A stretch of DNA of 63,043 bases, the filler included, from Candidatus Desantisbacteria bacterium CG1_02_49_89 (GTDB lineage: Bacteria; Desantisbacteria; UBA1551): assembly GCA_001871075.1 (NCBI GenBank). It is 6 parts of 6 records of this genome, joined end to end, with 100 filler letters (N's around TTAATTAATTAA, not from the genome) between each part and the next. Parts side by side here need not be neighbours in the genome. Positions count along the whole stretch, not along the records: positions 1 to 6,256 come from MNUP01000134.1; positions 6,357 to 31,566 come from MNUP01000079.1; 4 more parts are not named here. One strand, written 5' to 3'. Below the pieces are notes generated by a model. It ran no database searches and had not been told where the DNA came from. It saw nothing but the letters and a program-made list of their open reading frames with translations. Shown here piece by piece: positions 1 through 10,021 of the stretch. Positions within the stretch are counted from its first letter, which is position 1. The number at the start of each line of letters is the position of its first letter. A program made the position numbers and the translations under genes.

Positions 1-1048
1 GGGGCCGACTTTAACTGTTCCGCCATTTCATCCGCCTGGCCCTGAAGCTTTTCAAGCTCAGCCCGCTTGGCCTGCAGGGTATTGCTTGCTGACTGGCGCA
101 AATCCTCTTCTTTCTTTATCCTTGCTTCCTCTAATTTCTTTGCGTCCTGCTCTTTTTTCTTAAGAGAAGTTATGGATCGTGAAAGGGAAAGGGTTTTGGA
201 TTTTGCCTGCGCGAGTTTTGATGCAAGAGCGGGCTTGGCTTTTTTGTCTGCTGCTTCAAGCTGCTGGCTTATTTGTTCTTTTTCCGCATTAAGTTTTTCC
301 AGCTCGTCTTTCTTTGTCTGGATTTCGCTCTGGGTTTTCTCGTGTAAAGAAGCCTCTTTCGCTATTCTTGCCTCTTCCTGCTTCTTGGCATCCGCTTCTT
401 TCTTCTCAAGCGCTGCAATGGATTTGGAAAGGGCGGTAATCTTGGATTTGATCTGGCTAGATTCGGCCTTAAGATTAACGGGTGGCTTTTCCTCTGCCGG
501 GGCCGACTTTAACTGTTCCGCCATTTCATCCGCCTGGCCCTGAAGCTTTTCAAGCTCAGCCCGCTTGGCCTGCAGGGTATTGCTTGCTGACTGGCGCAAA
601 TCCTCTTCTTTCTTTATCCTTGCTTCCTCTAATTTCTTTGCGTCCTGCTCTTTTTTCTTAAGAGAAGTTATGGATCGTGAAAGGGAAAGGGTTTTGGATT
701 TTGCCTGCGCGAGTTTTGATGCAAGAGCGGGCTTGGCTTTTTTGTCTGCTGCTTCAAGCTGCTGGCTTATTTGTTCTTTTTCCGCATTAAGTTTTTCCAG
801 CTCGTCTTTCTTTGTCTGGATTTCGCTCTGGGTTTTCTCGTGTAAAGAAGCCTCTTTCGCTATTCTTGCCTCTTCCTGCTTCTTGGCATCCGCTTCTTTC
901 TTCTCAAGCGCTGCAATGGATTTGGAAAGGGCGGTAATCTTGGATTTGATCTGGCTAGATTCGGCCTTAAGATTAACGGGTGGCTTTTCCTCTGCCGGGG
1001 CCGACTTTAACTGTTCCGCCATTTCATCCGCCTGGCCCTGAAGCTTTT
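1..1048. repeat. Perfect 498-bp tandem repeat, two full copies plus the start of a third
   Basis: ggggccgactttaactgttcc recurs at 1, 499 and 997; antisense ORFs 67-543 and 565-1041 translate identically. Confidence 0.97.
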
Positions 1049-2042
1049 CCTGTTCATCTTCAAGTTTTCTCAATTTACTTTTTTGCGCGTCTATGTCATC
1101 CTCTATTAACTTGGCGATTTCGCTTTTGTCTCTGTTTTCACCAAAAGATGCCCCTGCGCTAAAGTTCATCCCTTCGGTAAGGTCAAGGAATGTGGCGCCG
1201 CCGCGCACGGTTATCGGCAGCCCGGTGAATTCTTTAAGGTCCCTTTCTATTCCCAGGCAGATGTTGGAAGAGGTTTTGATATAATAGGAATTATAATGGT
1301 AGTCGTAATCAAACGCGACCAGGAAATCGTAGACCGAAAAGCTCATGCCCGCCCTTATCCCTATCGGGAGCAGGTCGGTGCAGGTTCCCGCCTGGTGTAC
1401 TGCGTTTACGGTTACGATATTCGGCTGGTTGATGTCTGTAAGCGCAAAACCAAAACCCACGTCCTTCGCCGGTTTGTAGAAGGCGCCGGCGTCCACGCTT
1501 ATCCCGCCCCAGCCCAGATCGTCTTCCATGTCAAGCGAACCGGCAGTATAGAACTGGCTTTCCGCGCTTTTCCAGGAAAGGTACTTAAGGGTGCCGGCGA
1601 TCGTCAGGTTGTCAAAAAGCTGGTATGCGTAGGTGCCGAACACGGCAAGCTCGTTATACTTGCTTGCTGAGAAGTAATTCACGCCTCCGCCAACGGTGTG
1701 GCCCTTCATTATCGGCGTTGAAAAAACACCATAGCTGTTCATCAGCAATGATTCGTTCTCCAGCTGGCCCAGGAAAGGAAACGAACCCGTGAAAGACGCT
1801 GACATCTTGTCAAGCGTGCCGATGCACGCGGGGTTTATGAGCATGCCGCTTACGTCCCCGCTTACTCCGCAGAATGCTTCCCCCATCCCCTGCGCCCTGG
1901 CGCCGGTTGTTATCAGTTCCTCGAACGCGGCCTTGGCTGAACCGGTGAACATTGAAAAGTGAAGAGTGAAGAGCAGAACTACTATCGTTAACGTACTCGC
2001 TAACACCTGAAGTTTTCTGATTTCCATTCTATTTTTTATCAT
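1..2042 (-). CDS. PorV/PorQ-like outer-membrane beta-barrel protein with tandem 166-aa coiled-coil repeats (3' end outside window; absent from ORF track)
   Basis: Manual translation, open from ATG 2042 or 2027 to the window edge. Signal peptide, then AFEELITTGARAQGMGEAFCGVSGDVSGMLINPA (PorV/FadL-like N-terminal motif), amphipathic strands, then K/E/A/Q-rich helical repeats. Confidence 0.75.
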   Translation of the reverse strand, partial: MIKNRMEIRKLQVLASTLTIVVLLFTLHFSMFTGSAKAAFEELITTGARAQGMGEAFCGVSGDVSGMLINPACIGTLDKMSASFTGSFPFLGQLENESLLMNSYGVFSTPIMKGHTVGGGVNYFSASKYNELAVFGTYAYQLFDNLTIAGTLKYLSWKSAESQFYTAGSLDMEDDLGWGGISVDAGAFYKPAKDVGFGFALTDINQPNIVTVNAVHQAGTCTDLLPIGIRAGMSFSVYDFLVAFDYDYHYNSYYIKTSSNICLGIERDLKEFTGLPITVRGGATFLDLTEGMNFSAGASFGENRDKSEIAKLIEDDIDAQKSKLRKLEDEQEKLQGQADEMAEQLKSAPAEEKPPVNLKAESSQIKSKITALSKSIAALEKKEADAKKQEEARIAKEASLHEKTQSEIQTKKDELEKLNAEKEQISQQLEAADKKAKPALASKLAQAKSKTLSLSRSITSLKKKEQDAKKLEEARIKKEEDLRQSASNTLQAKRAELEKLQGQADEMAEQLKSAPAEEKPPVNLKAESSQIKSKITALSKSIAALEKKEADAKKQEEARIAKEASLHEKTQSEIQTKKDELEKLNAEKEQISQQLEAADKKAKPALASKLAQAKSKTLSLSRSITSLKKKEQDAKKLEEARIKKEEDLRQSASNTLQAKRAELEKLQGQADEMAEQLKSA

Positions 2043-2089
2043 TTTGGGCTCCTTTTTATTTTCTTTTATCGATTTCATCGACATTTCCG

Positions 2090-4393
2090 TTATCTCGGTG
2101 AGTATATCTTCAGGAATATCGTCTCTTCCTTGCCGTTCAAGGAAGCGTCTGCCATATTGTAGGTCATATTCCTGACGTAGCCCAGTATCAGGGGATATGA
2201 ACCTGCTTTAGAGACAAGCTGTGCCGCGATGGTCAGCCCGTCGTAATCGTTCACGGATTCAAGCGGCAATCGCACAAGCTTATACTGCACTCCCGCGGTG
2301 AACGTTGTCTTGTCGAACAGCTTGTAAACCGCCTTTAGCAGGAATGCGTTCGTCTGCCTTTCGGAAAGATAGAGCGATGAGTAGGGCGAGCTTGAGCCCT
2401 TCTCTACCCAGCACTTCCACTGCGGGGTAAGGGTGAAAAGCTTTGTGGGCTTGTAGTCATACGCGGCGTTTGTTATTAACCCGGCCCACCTCACGCTGCG
2501 CGTGTCTGTGAACTGGTAGTTGTAGTCATACCTGAATTTGTTTGAAACGGTCAAGCCCGTGAACCCGTTGTATTTTGTCTCGATATAGAAATTATTCAGC
2601 AGGCTGTCCTCAAACGCGAGCAGGTCCTTGCCTGAAAAAACATCGTAGGCGCTGTCGCTGGATTTCAGCTCCACAAGGTCATCCGCCAGGTTGTCCTCTA
2701 CTTTCTTTATATTGTGCCATATCAGGATCTCCCCGAGGTTGGAAACCTTGGCGCTGTATTTTGTCGTAAGAAAAAGGTTGGTGGTTTTCTTGTCCCCGAA
2801 CGCCTCTGTGAAGTAATCGTAGCCGCCGTTAAGCTCCACGTCTTTCAGGAGCGGATAGTTCAAATTAAACCCGAACCCGTGCCTGTCAAGCTTGACAGGA
2901 TAGTCCGGCAGGTCATCATCCTCGTATACGTCGGCTGTTCCGTTGTTGTTGCGGTCGTTCCCGATCCAGAATTTCGGCGGGTCCACTATGAACAGCATCA
3001 TATCCTGTTCCCAGTCACCCACGTTATCAGAATCCCTGTCATACGCTATGTGGTACGTGGGCACGGGATTGCTTGTGCCGCTTCCCCCGCACCTTCCTGT
3101 CTTGTCATAGTACCAGTCGTAGTCATCGTTGTCGTCAACGTAAGTAAAGCCCTCAAAGGGAGTGGACCAGTTCGGGGAGCTGAAGCTGGGATGCGTGAAG
3201 AAATAATCTCCGCTTACAGAGAGCTTATTGTCTATGAATTTAAGGCCGGTGAAATCGATCTTCCTGTCAGCCTTCACGTAGAAAACGGGATACATCGCAA
3301 GGTCCCTTTCCCCATCCTTTGTTGGGAATTTCCTGTACTGGTTATTGAAATCGCACTCAACGCTGACATTGGCTCCGTACACGGTCCCGTCCGCGGTGAC
3401 AGCGATCATGTCACTGGCGCTGGAAAGCCCGTAATTGTACGTGACCTGCTGGGCGATGTCATCCTTGGGGTTGCCTGGAGCGCGCAGCATCGTCGCGTAG
3501 CCGGCCTTATCCGACTTTATCTCTATCTTGTAATCGTTTGCCACGGATATAGAAAATTTTACGCCTTTCGCGTTCGCGGGTACCGGGATGACGCACTCAA
3601 ACAAAGAAGCCCCGTTCGCTTCCATGGGAACCGGGACAAGCGTTACCGCGGTGTATGCGCCTCCGTCCACAGAATACTGCAGATCCCACAACTGGGCTCC
3701 GTATCCGTCCTGCGGAGAATCATCGCTGAACCGCAGCGTTATTGTACCCGGCGCGTCATCTTTCACATTGCCGAAATATGAAGTTTCGTTTATCAGATTA
3801 TAGTCCTTCCAGTGGTGGATATAAGCGCCGCTCAACGTAAGGTTTATTTCATCCATTTTCAGTTTGTACTCGTCTTTTACTCCTATAAAATACGTTGAAA
3901 ATTCTGTTTCCGTGGTTCCTGTAGGCGGATAGCCTAATGAAGTGTTGGAAGTCCTTGAGAAGAAAAAATTCGCCTTGTGAGAGGGAGACTTGAAGGTTCC
4001 CTGGAATCCCGGGAACCAGATCTTTTGGAAAGTGAAGGGGGTGAGCTTCACGTCAAAAAGCTCGGTTGAAAAAGAAGGGCGCCCCGTGACTCCCCACATG
4101 TGCAGCCCTACCTTGAATGTAGCCGATACCTTTTTATATTTATCCGAATAGTTCACTTTATAGCCCTGGTCTGTTATGAACCCCCAGGCTTCGCCTTTCA
4201 ACAGCGAGCTTCCGCCGTTAAGGCCGTTGATGTCAACAAGCCCTATCGACCACAGCCTGCAATTCAGGGATTCCCCGAACAGGTCGTAATAACTGCGCTT
4301 TTGAGGCGCTTTCGCCCTTTTCCACTGCGCCATTGCCGTGCCGGCGCATAACAGCACCCCCGCTGCAACTAACAAACATGTTGCTTTTTTCAT
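2090..4393 (-). CDS. Large exported, probably outer-membrane protein with Asp-rich Ca-binding-like motifs
   Basis: Signal peptide (MKKATCLLVAAGVLLCAGTAMA); VDDNDDYD, DRDSDNVGD, DRNNNGTAD motifs; C-terminal amphipathic beta-strands. Confidence 0.6.
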   Translation of the reverse strand: MKKATCLLVAAGVLLCAGTAMAQWKRAKAPQKRSYYDLFGESLNCRLWSIGLVDINGLNGGSSLLKGEAWGFITDQGYKVNYSDKYKKVSATFKVGLHMWGVTGRPSFSTELFDVKLTPFTFQKIWFPGFQGTFKSPSHKANFFFSRTSNTSLGYPPTGTTETEFSTYFIGVKDEYKLKMDEINLTLSGAYIHHWKDYNLINETSYFGNVKDDAPGTITLRFSDDSPQDGYGAQLWDLQYSVDGGAYTAVTLVPVPMEANGASLFECVIPVPANAKGVKFSISVANDYKIEIKSDKAGYATMLRAPGNPKDDIAQQVTYNYGLSSASDMIAVTADGTVYGANVSVECDFNNQYRKFPTKDGERDLAMYPVFYVKADRKIDFTGLKFIDNKLSVSGDYFFTHPSFSSPNWSTPFEGFTYVDDNDDYDWYYDKTGRCGGSGTSNPVPTYHIAYDRDSDNVGDWEQDMMLFIVDPPKFWIGNDRNNNGTADVYEDDDLPDYPVKLDRHGFGFNLNYPLLKDVELNGGYDYFTEAFGDKKTTNLFLTTKYSAKVSNLGEILIWHNIKKVEDNLADDLVELKSSDSAYDVFSGKDLLAFEDSLLNNFYIETKYNGFTGLTVSNKFRYDYNYQFTDTRSVRWAGLITNAAYDYKPTKLFTLTPQWKCWVEKGSSSPYSSLYLSERQTNAFLLKAVYKLFDKTTFTAGVQYKLVRLPLESVNDYDGLTIAAQLVSKAGSYPLILGYVRNMTYNMADASLNGKEETIFLKIYSPR

Positions 4394-4479
4394 CCTTCCC
4401 CCTTACAATATATTTTTTGATTTCGGTAACTAAATAACTGATTCCGGAGATTAAAAAACACGATGGCAGCGATAGCTGA

Positions 4480-5955
4480 CTATTTGGCAAGTGTTATCGT
4501 TCCGTTCTTGGCAACATTCCCTTTCTTGAGCTGTATAACGTAAACGCCCACGGGGCATATTTGCCCCTTTTCATCCCGGCCGTCCCAGGCTACGGTCTGG
4601 TCCCCTATCACTGCCTGCCGGCTGAAAAGCGTTTTCATCAGCTTGCCCTTAAGATCGAATATCTTCACTGTAACATCGGTTGGATCGGTACCGGCAGTGA
4701 ACATCAGACTGGCTTCGTCATTCCTGCCGTCACCGTTTGGAGAAAATGGGTTGGGGAACAGGTTAAATCTGTCAACAGTGGCTTTTTCGTCTGTGGCAAA
4801 TAAAATAAAACTTGAATACGTCTGTCTGATTGGATGGCTATATGTGGTTGTTTTTCCGCCGGAAACAGCTACCGTGGCAAAACCGCCGCCCATACTTCCA
4901 AGCGTTTCTGTATTGTTTGTCTCAAAGGTATAGCTGTCCGTCCATATCCCACTTCCGTTAAGTGTTAATGGAGTGCCTGATACCGGGACTATCGTCACGG
5001 CGCAGGAGTCGGCAGGATCCGTGCTCATGGGTATATTAAAATGAATCTTAAAATTCACAAGTTCGCCCGGCACCAAAACGGCTTTATAAGAACGTTCGGC
5101 ACCAACTTCGGTATTTATTGCTTTTACTGCAGATGTTACCGTTACTTTTTTTAATACCGGGGTAATCTTGCCTGAGACGCTTTTAAGAATCGCCCTGAAC
5201 TGAAAATATTTATTTGGCGGGCTTTTAATTTCGCATTCCCCTGAATTTGTAACAGCTGTAGCAACCGTATCAAGGCTTGCGTTTAAACCATCAGGGCTTG
5301 AAGCTGAAGCAGTAAGGAACGCTATTGTGCACCCCTCGGGTATATCAGCAATCCAGGATAGCTTTCCAAAAGTGACATCTGTGTCGCATTCAAGCAGGTT
5401 AGAGGTGTAAAGACCGTAGGTGGCACCTGAAGCTTCCGTTAAATCAATAAGCTCAAGATCATCAAACCACACTTTACCGTTGCTGGTTCCGTCAGTTACT
5501 GCTCTGACAGTTACTGATGTGTAACTTGGATTTTGCCAATTAACATAGCCGTATGTCCATGCGCCGGATGCACTTACCACCGCAGTCGGGTCGCCCGTGG
5601 GAAGATCAGACATGTCTATTGACGTGGAACCAGCGAAACCGCTATCTCTGAATATCCACACTCCGAATTTGTATGTATGACCAGGTGTTACAGTGAAAGG
5701 TCCATTGGTGCTGCTTGCGTTTGAATTTACGCAGATACTTTTTAATGACCACGCACCCGAATGTACCTTGTCACTGGCTCTGTCTGCATCACCAGCTTCA
5801 GTCCAGTTGTCAGCATCTTCGTTAGTGCCAGCTTCGAAGGAATAATTCGGAATAAGATTCTTGGATTTGATCAGTATTACATATCCCCTTTCATTATATT
5901 CTACTTCAGTGTCACTGCCGGTAATAAAATCCATACTTTCCTGAACCCAGGGGAG
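4480..5955 (-). pseudogene. Secreted protein with CBM4/9-like domain and FlgD-Ig/T9SS-type C-terminal domain; 5' end interrupted by IS
   Basis: NLIPNYSFE...VWFDDLEL CBM-like domain; FPNPFSPNGDGRND...VKIFDLKG...WDGRDEKG...GVY CTD motif. First ~44 aa of ORF 4480-6087 come from AT-rich IS DNA; no signal peptide. Confidence 0.7.
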
Positions 5956-6256
5956 GGATCCTGCAAAAGCTATATGGTTCTTCTCCAAATGTTGTCGTAT
6001 AATAGAATAAATAGCATTAATGCTCTTTAAATAACGAGGGCACCTGTTGACTTCTTCTCTGCTATAGGGTATAATATTCTTTGGCAAAAAAAACCCGAAG
6101 CAAAAAGGAGGTCCACAGATGCCAGATAATATTATATCACAATGCCTTCAATTGTCAAGCGTAAAAGTCGTTTCCTGCTGTGTCCATGAAGATGAAGTTG
6201 ACATAATCCTTGCAAGGGACCCTTCCAAAGGTTTCTATTGCTCTTCCTGCGGAAGC
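5956..6256 (+). mobile_element. ISL3-family IS, left end and transposase start (6119 to contig end)
   Basis: MPDNIISQCLQLSSVKV...FYCSSCG resembles the ISL3 zinc-finger N-terminus; RBS aaggagg; left boundary approximate. Confidence 0.65.
6047..6075 (+). promoter_or_regulatory. Sigma70 promoter of IS transposase
   Basis: TTGACT-17bp-TATAAT upstream of aaggagg and ATG 6119. Confidence 0.7.
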
Positions 6257-6356
6257 NNNNNNNNNNNNNNNNNNNNNNNNNNNNNNNNNNNNNNNNNNNN
6301 TTAATTAATTAANNNNNNNNNNNNNNNNNNNNNNNNNNNNNNNNNNNNNNNNNNNN
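6257..6356. other. Artificial contig linker (also 31567-31666, 36930-37029, 49182-49281, 57479-57578)
   Basis: N-run, ttaattaattaa, N-run. Confidence 0.99.
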
Positions 6357-7812
6357 CAGGCTGGACAGAAGCACCATTAACTGTGAGATTGAGAGATGTC
6401 CCGCCCAGATTAATATCCGGGCGAGGTCTCGCCCCGACTGAAGTCGGGGCGGAAAGATTGAGAGATTGTCCCAAAGGGATCCCTTCGGGAAGAGACTGAA
6501 GCCAGGAAGGAGCCCTTATTTTCAGATCGAATGGGTTCTCTGATTCTATCTCCAGGTGGAGCTGGCCTTTGAGCGGGTAAAGCGTGCGCAGATTGAACCT
6601 TACCTCAGAATCCATCATCCGCAAAGCGCCTTTTATGTCATTGAACAGATTGATCCACACAGACCTGTTATCAAATGTAACAACGTATTTCGCGATCTCA
6701 GAGAGCCCGTATGTGCCGTGCATTGAACAGCACCAGTACGCCTCGTTGCGCTTGCCCGGGGTATGGTTCCCCATTTTTCCGTTCCTGAAATCACCTCCGC
6801 CGTAATTGCAGGAAAACCCGCCGTTCGCGCTTTGGTTCCAGAAGAAGTGGTTGAGCAGAGTTTTTTCCGCCATCTCTATGTACCTGAACTTGCGGGTTAT
6901 GCTCCACATATAAAGGTTTATCATCATCCAGTCCGCTTCAGAGCAACCCTCGTCGCTTGTCCAGCCGGCAATGTAATGTTCGGGCGCGCCGCCTGTCGGA
7001 AGCAGGCCTTTCGCATGGATCTTTTCCCATTCTTCTTCAAGCCTGTCAAGTAAAGACGTATCCGCTGTTTCAAGGTAAAGGTTGACCATGCCCCGCAAAG
7101 TTGAAAAGAAGTGATGGGAGTGGATCGCGTGCTCAAAAGGCTTTACGAGCTTCGCGACCTGCTTTGCAAGCTCAAGGTATTTCTCCTCCCTGGAAGCCCG
7201 GTAAATATTTACGAGCCCGTCAATGCAGTGGGTGTAGTTTGAATACACGTAAGCCGCCTTATCCGGGCTTTCTATGTCAACCATGGCTTCCGGGGTTGTC
7301 CAGAGCGGGTGGGTCTTCACGTAGTAGTTTGCGAGTTTTTTCGCGGCTGAAAGCACGTTATCATCATGCGCAAGATTGTAATATTCCGTAAGGCCTTTAA
7401 GCATCCAGTTATGCCCTGAGGTGTGGTCCCTGTAGATCCTGCCTTCCTGCCTTTCCGCTCCGAAATATCCTTCGGGCCGCTGTAAAGAAAGCACCCCGGC
7501 AACGACTTTCTCGAGCTTCTGCTTGATCCCTTCGCGCAGGTCCTGCGGGTAAAGGTTCCCTGCGTAAGGGAAAATAGCGCTTAACGCGTTAATATACCTG
7601 CCTGCCTCATCCCCTGCCCAGTGCCCGCACGGCGAACCCTCTGTTCTGGACATTACGAGATCAGCAAGGAGATAATCAGTGGAATACGGCGTGCAGGTCC
7701 AGTTCTCCCTTGCTTTTATTGTTTCCTCTTTCAGGAGCCGGCGCGCCGCCATTTCAATGCGGGCAGAAAGTTCCCCTCCCAGTTTTACGCTCTTCAGGTT
7801 TGGAGTCAGCAT
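6357..7812 (-). CDS. GH127 beta-L-arabinofuranosidase-like protein (3' truncated by contig end)
   Basis: SDEGCSEADW, AEKTLLNH, YWCCSMHG, TLYPLKG motifs. Confidence 0.8.
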
Positions 7813-7854
7813 GGTTTTCCTCGTTCATCGTGCTTCGTGCTTCGTTCATCGTTA

Positions 7855-9180
7855 CTAACTTTTAACGTTTCCCGAAGGGATCCCCTTGGGACAACTTTCA
7901 ACGGTATTAATGGCTTCCGCGATCTGCCTGCAATCTTGAGCGCCGAACGCGGGTGATACCCAGATGGCAACAGACCTTCCCAGGATATCAGAGGTGCGCG
8001 GGCACATATCCGCAGAATACCTCGGCAGTTTTCCCTTATAAAACGAACAGGTGAACGGACATCCCTCTTTTGTGATCGTTTTTTTGCCGATTATATGTTC
8101 CCAGTACGGATAAGTGTGCCAGTCGCGTAGTCGCGGGGAATACAGCCTGCCTGAACTTATGCCTGCGCCTGCCAGGGCTGATCCTGCTTTTTCCGCTTCC
8201 TTCGCGTTGTTGAACATCAGGACTATACTTGTGCCTGCTTCGCCTTTCGGGTCCGCGGATGGAACAATCCTGAACTTCCCGCTTTTCCTTATGCCCGCGA
8301 TGATCCTGTCCCTGTTCTCCCGCAAAGACCTTATTATCATGTCCAGTTTCCTCAGCTGGGCAATGCCTATCGCCGCATGGACCTGGGATTGCCTGTAATT
8401 CTCCCCGCAAAAGATCTCACCCGGCTTCCTTTCCTTCGCGTACCTGTCAGGCCTCCAGCATGCGGATGAATCCTGATAACTCTGGCACCTGGTGTAAAGC
8501 CATTCGTCTTTCAGGGTTATGACCCCGCCTTCCCCGCAGGTAAGTATCTTGAAAGGGTCAAAGCTGAAACACCCGCAGTCCCCGAAACTGCCCAAGAATT
8601 TCCCCTTGTACGAACCGCCGCACGCCTGCGCGGTGTCTTCTATGACTTTCAGTTTGTGCTTTTTCGCTATCCTCATTATCGCGTCCATCCTGCACGGCCT
8701 TCCTATCATGTGCACCGCGATTATTGCCTTTGTGCGCCTGGTTATTTTCTTCTCAAGGTCTACCGGGTCCAGGGTTAGGGTTTCGTCTATCTCGGCAAGC
8801 ACCGGAATCGCCCTCGCTGTCACGATAATGGAAGCAGAGATGAAAAACGTGTAGGCCGGCACTATCACCTCGTCACCCGGCCCCACGCCGCACGCCGCAA
8901 GGGACGCGAGAAGCGCGGAGGTGCACGAATTTACCGCAAGCGCAAAAGGCACGCCTGCCTTTTTCGCGAACAACTCTTCAAACTCCCTTACCTTGTCCGG
9001 GAACCCGGCAGGCACGTAATACCTGAAAAGGTGGGGGGTCTTGCGAAAATCCTTCCTGATAATTTTTTCAAGCCTTTTCATCGCCGCAGGCCGCAGGTTC
9101 CACAGGCTTATGATCTCCATAAGTTCTTCAACCCCGACCTTCTGGCCGAATAATTTCCTTTTTAATCTATCATCAGGCAT
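7855..9180 (-). CDS. DegT/DnrJ/EryC1/StrS PLP-dependent aminotransferase
   Basis: GVGPGDEVIVPAYTF, IEDTAQACG, FSFDPFKILTCGEGG. Confidence 0.92.
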   Translation of the reverse strand: MPDDRLKRKLFGQKVGVEELMEIISLWNLRPAAMKRLEKIIRKDFRKTPHLFRYYVPAGFPDKVREFEELFAKKAGVPFALAVNSCTSALLASLAACGVGPGDEVIVPAYTFFISASIIVTARAIPVLAEIDETLTLDPVDLEKKITRRTKAIIAVHMIGRPCRMDAIMRIAKKHKLKVIEDTAQACGGSYKGKFLGSFGDCGCFSFDPFKILTCGEGGVITLKDEWLYTRCQSYQDSSACWRPDRYAKERKPGEIFCGENYRQSQVHAAIGIAQLRKLDMIIRSLRENRDRIIAGIRKSGKFRIVPSADPKGEAGTSIVLMFNNAKEAEKAGSALAGAGISSGRLYSPRLRDWHTYPYWEHIIGKKTITKEGCPFTCSFYKGKLPRYSADMCPRTSDILGRSVAIWVSPAFGAQDCRQIAEAINTVESCPKGIPSGNVKS

Positions 9181-10021
9181 CTTTCAGCCTCCTTTTATAA
9201 TAATTAGAATATGTCATGATCTCCATGCCGGCGTCTTTCGCATATTCGACTATCCTTGCGGTCAGCTCCATGCCCGGGTCTTCCTTTATGCTGTCCCAAT
9301 CATGCTGGGCATAGGAATACACAAGGCCGCGCCTGGCGGCATAGTCCAGCTCTTTTTTAACAACTTTAAAATGATCGCCGTGCTTTTTCCATCCCGTTAT
9401 CCTGCGTTTGATATGACCATCCTGGACAGGGAACTCCATCATGCGGCCAAAACCCTGCGGCCCGTAAAAGAACGGCTGGATATCAAGTGAAAGCGGGACC
9501 CAGTCATTTTCGTTCCGTGACCACGAACGCACGAATTTAATACCGAGTTTGTCAAGTATTTCGAGGATATCCGGCCTGTCAGCAAGGCCTCTGTAAAATC
9601 CATAGGGAGTTGTAAGCCCGGCGCACTCAACTCCAAGGATATCCTTGAGCAGGGCGGAGGTTTTTGAAACCTCTTCCGCGATTCGCTGCAGGCTTTCGCC
9701 CTTATAAACCGTGGTCCCCTTTTCAAGAAAAACCTTGCCTGTGTCGCCGTCAGCCCACGGAGAGTCAAGCTTCTGGACAAGCGATTTCAGCAATATGTGC
9801 GAATACGTGTGCTGCTGGATATCTATGAACGGATAGCCGCGGCGGACCTTCCTGAATTCTTCGGCGTTCGCCTCAAGCGTTTTCCCGCACACAAAAAAGG
9901 TGCACGGCGCGCCCAGGTTCCTATGCATTTCGCCGGCTGTATTGAGGAAATGCCGGGTCTCCTCGCTGCGCTCAGGCGGCGCCTCAATATCATAACCCAA
10001 CAGAAATATAGGGACAGGCAC
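9173..10021 (-). CDS. Polysaccharide deacetylase family protein
   Basis: LGYDIE, CTFFVCG, QQHTYSH metal motifs. Confidence 0.8.
   Translation of the reverse strand: MPVPIFLLGYDIEAPPERSEETRHFLNTAGEMHRNLGAPCTFFVCGKTLEANAEEFRKVRRGYPFIDIQQHTYSHILLKSLVQKLDSPWADGDTGKVFLEKGTTVYKGESLQRIAEEVSKTSALLKDILGVECAGLTTPYGFYRGLADRPDILEILDKLGIKFVRSWSRNENDWVPLSLDIQPFFYGPQGFGRMMEFPVQDGHIKRRITGWKKHGDHFKVVKKELDYAARRGLVYSYAQHDWDSIKEDPGMELTARIVEYAKDAGMEIMTYSNYYKRRLKDA

Noticed and set aside
67-1041. Two identical 158-aa plus-strand ORFs
   Set aside because: Antisense shadows of the K/E-rich minus-strand repeat gene.
6257-6356. ttaattaattaa palindrome in N-runs; ORFs and gene clusters crossing it
   Set aside because: Artificial contig linker; adjacency across it is not biological.
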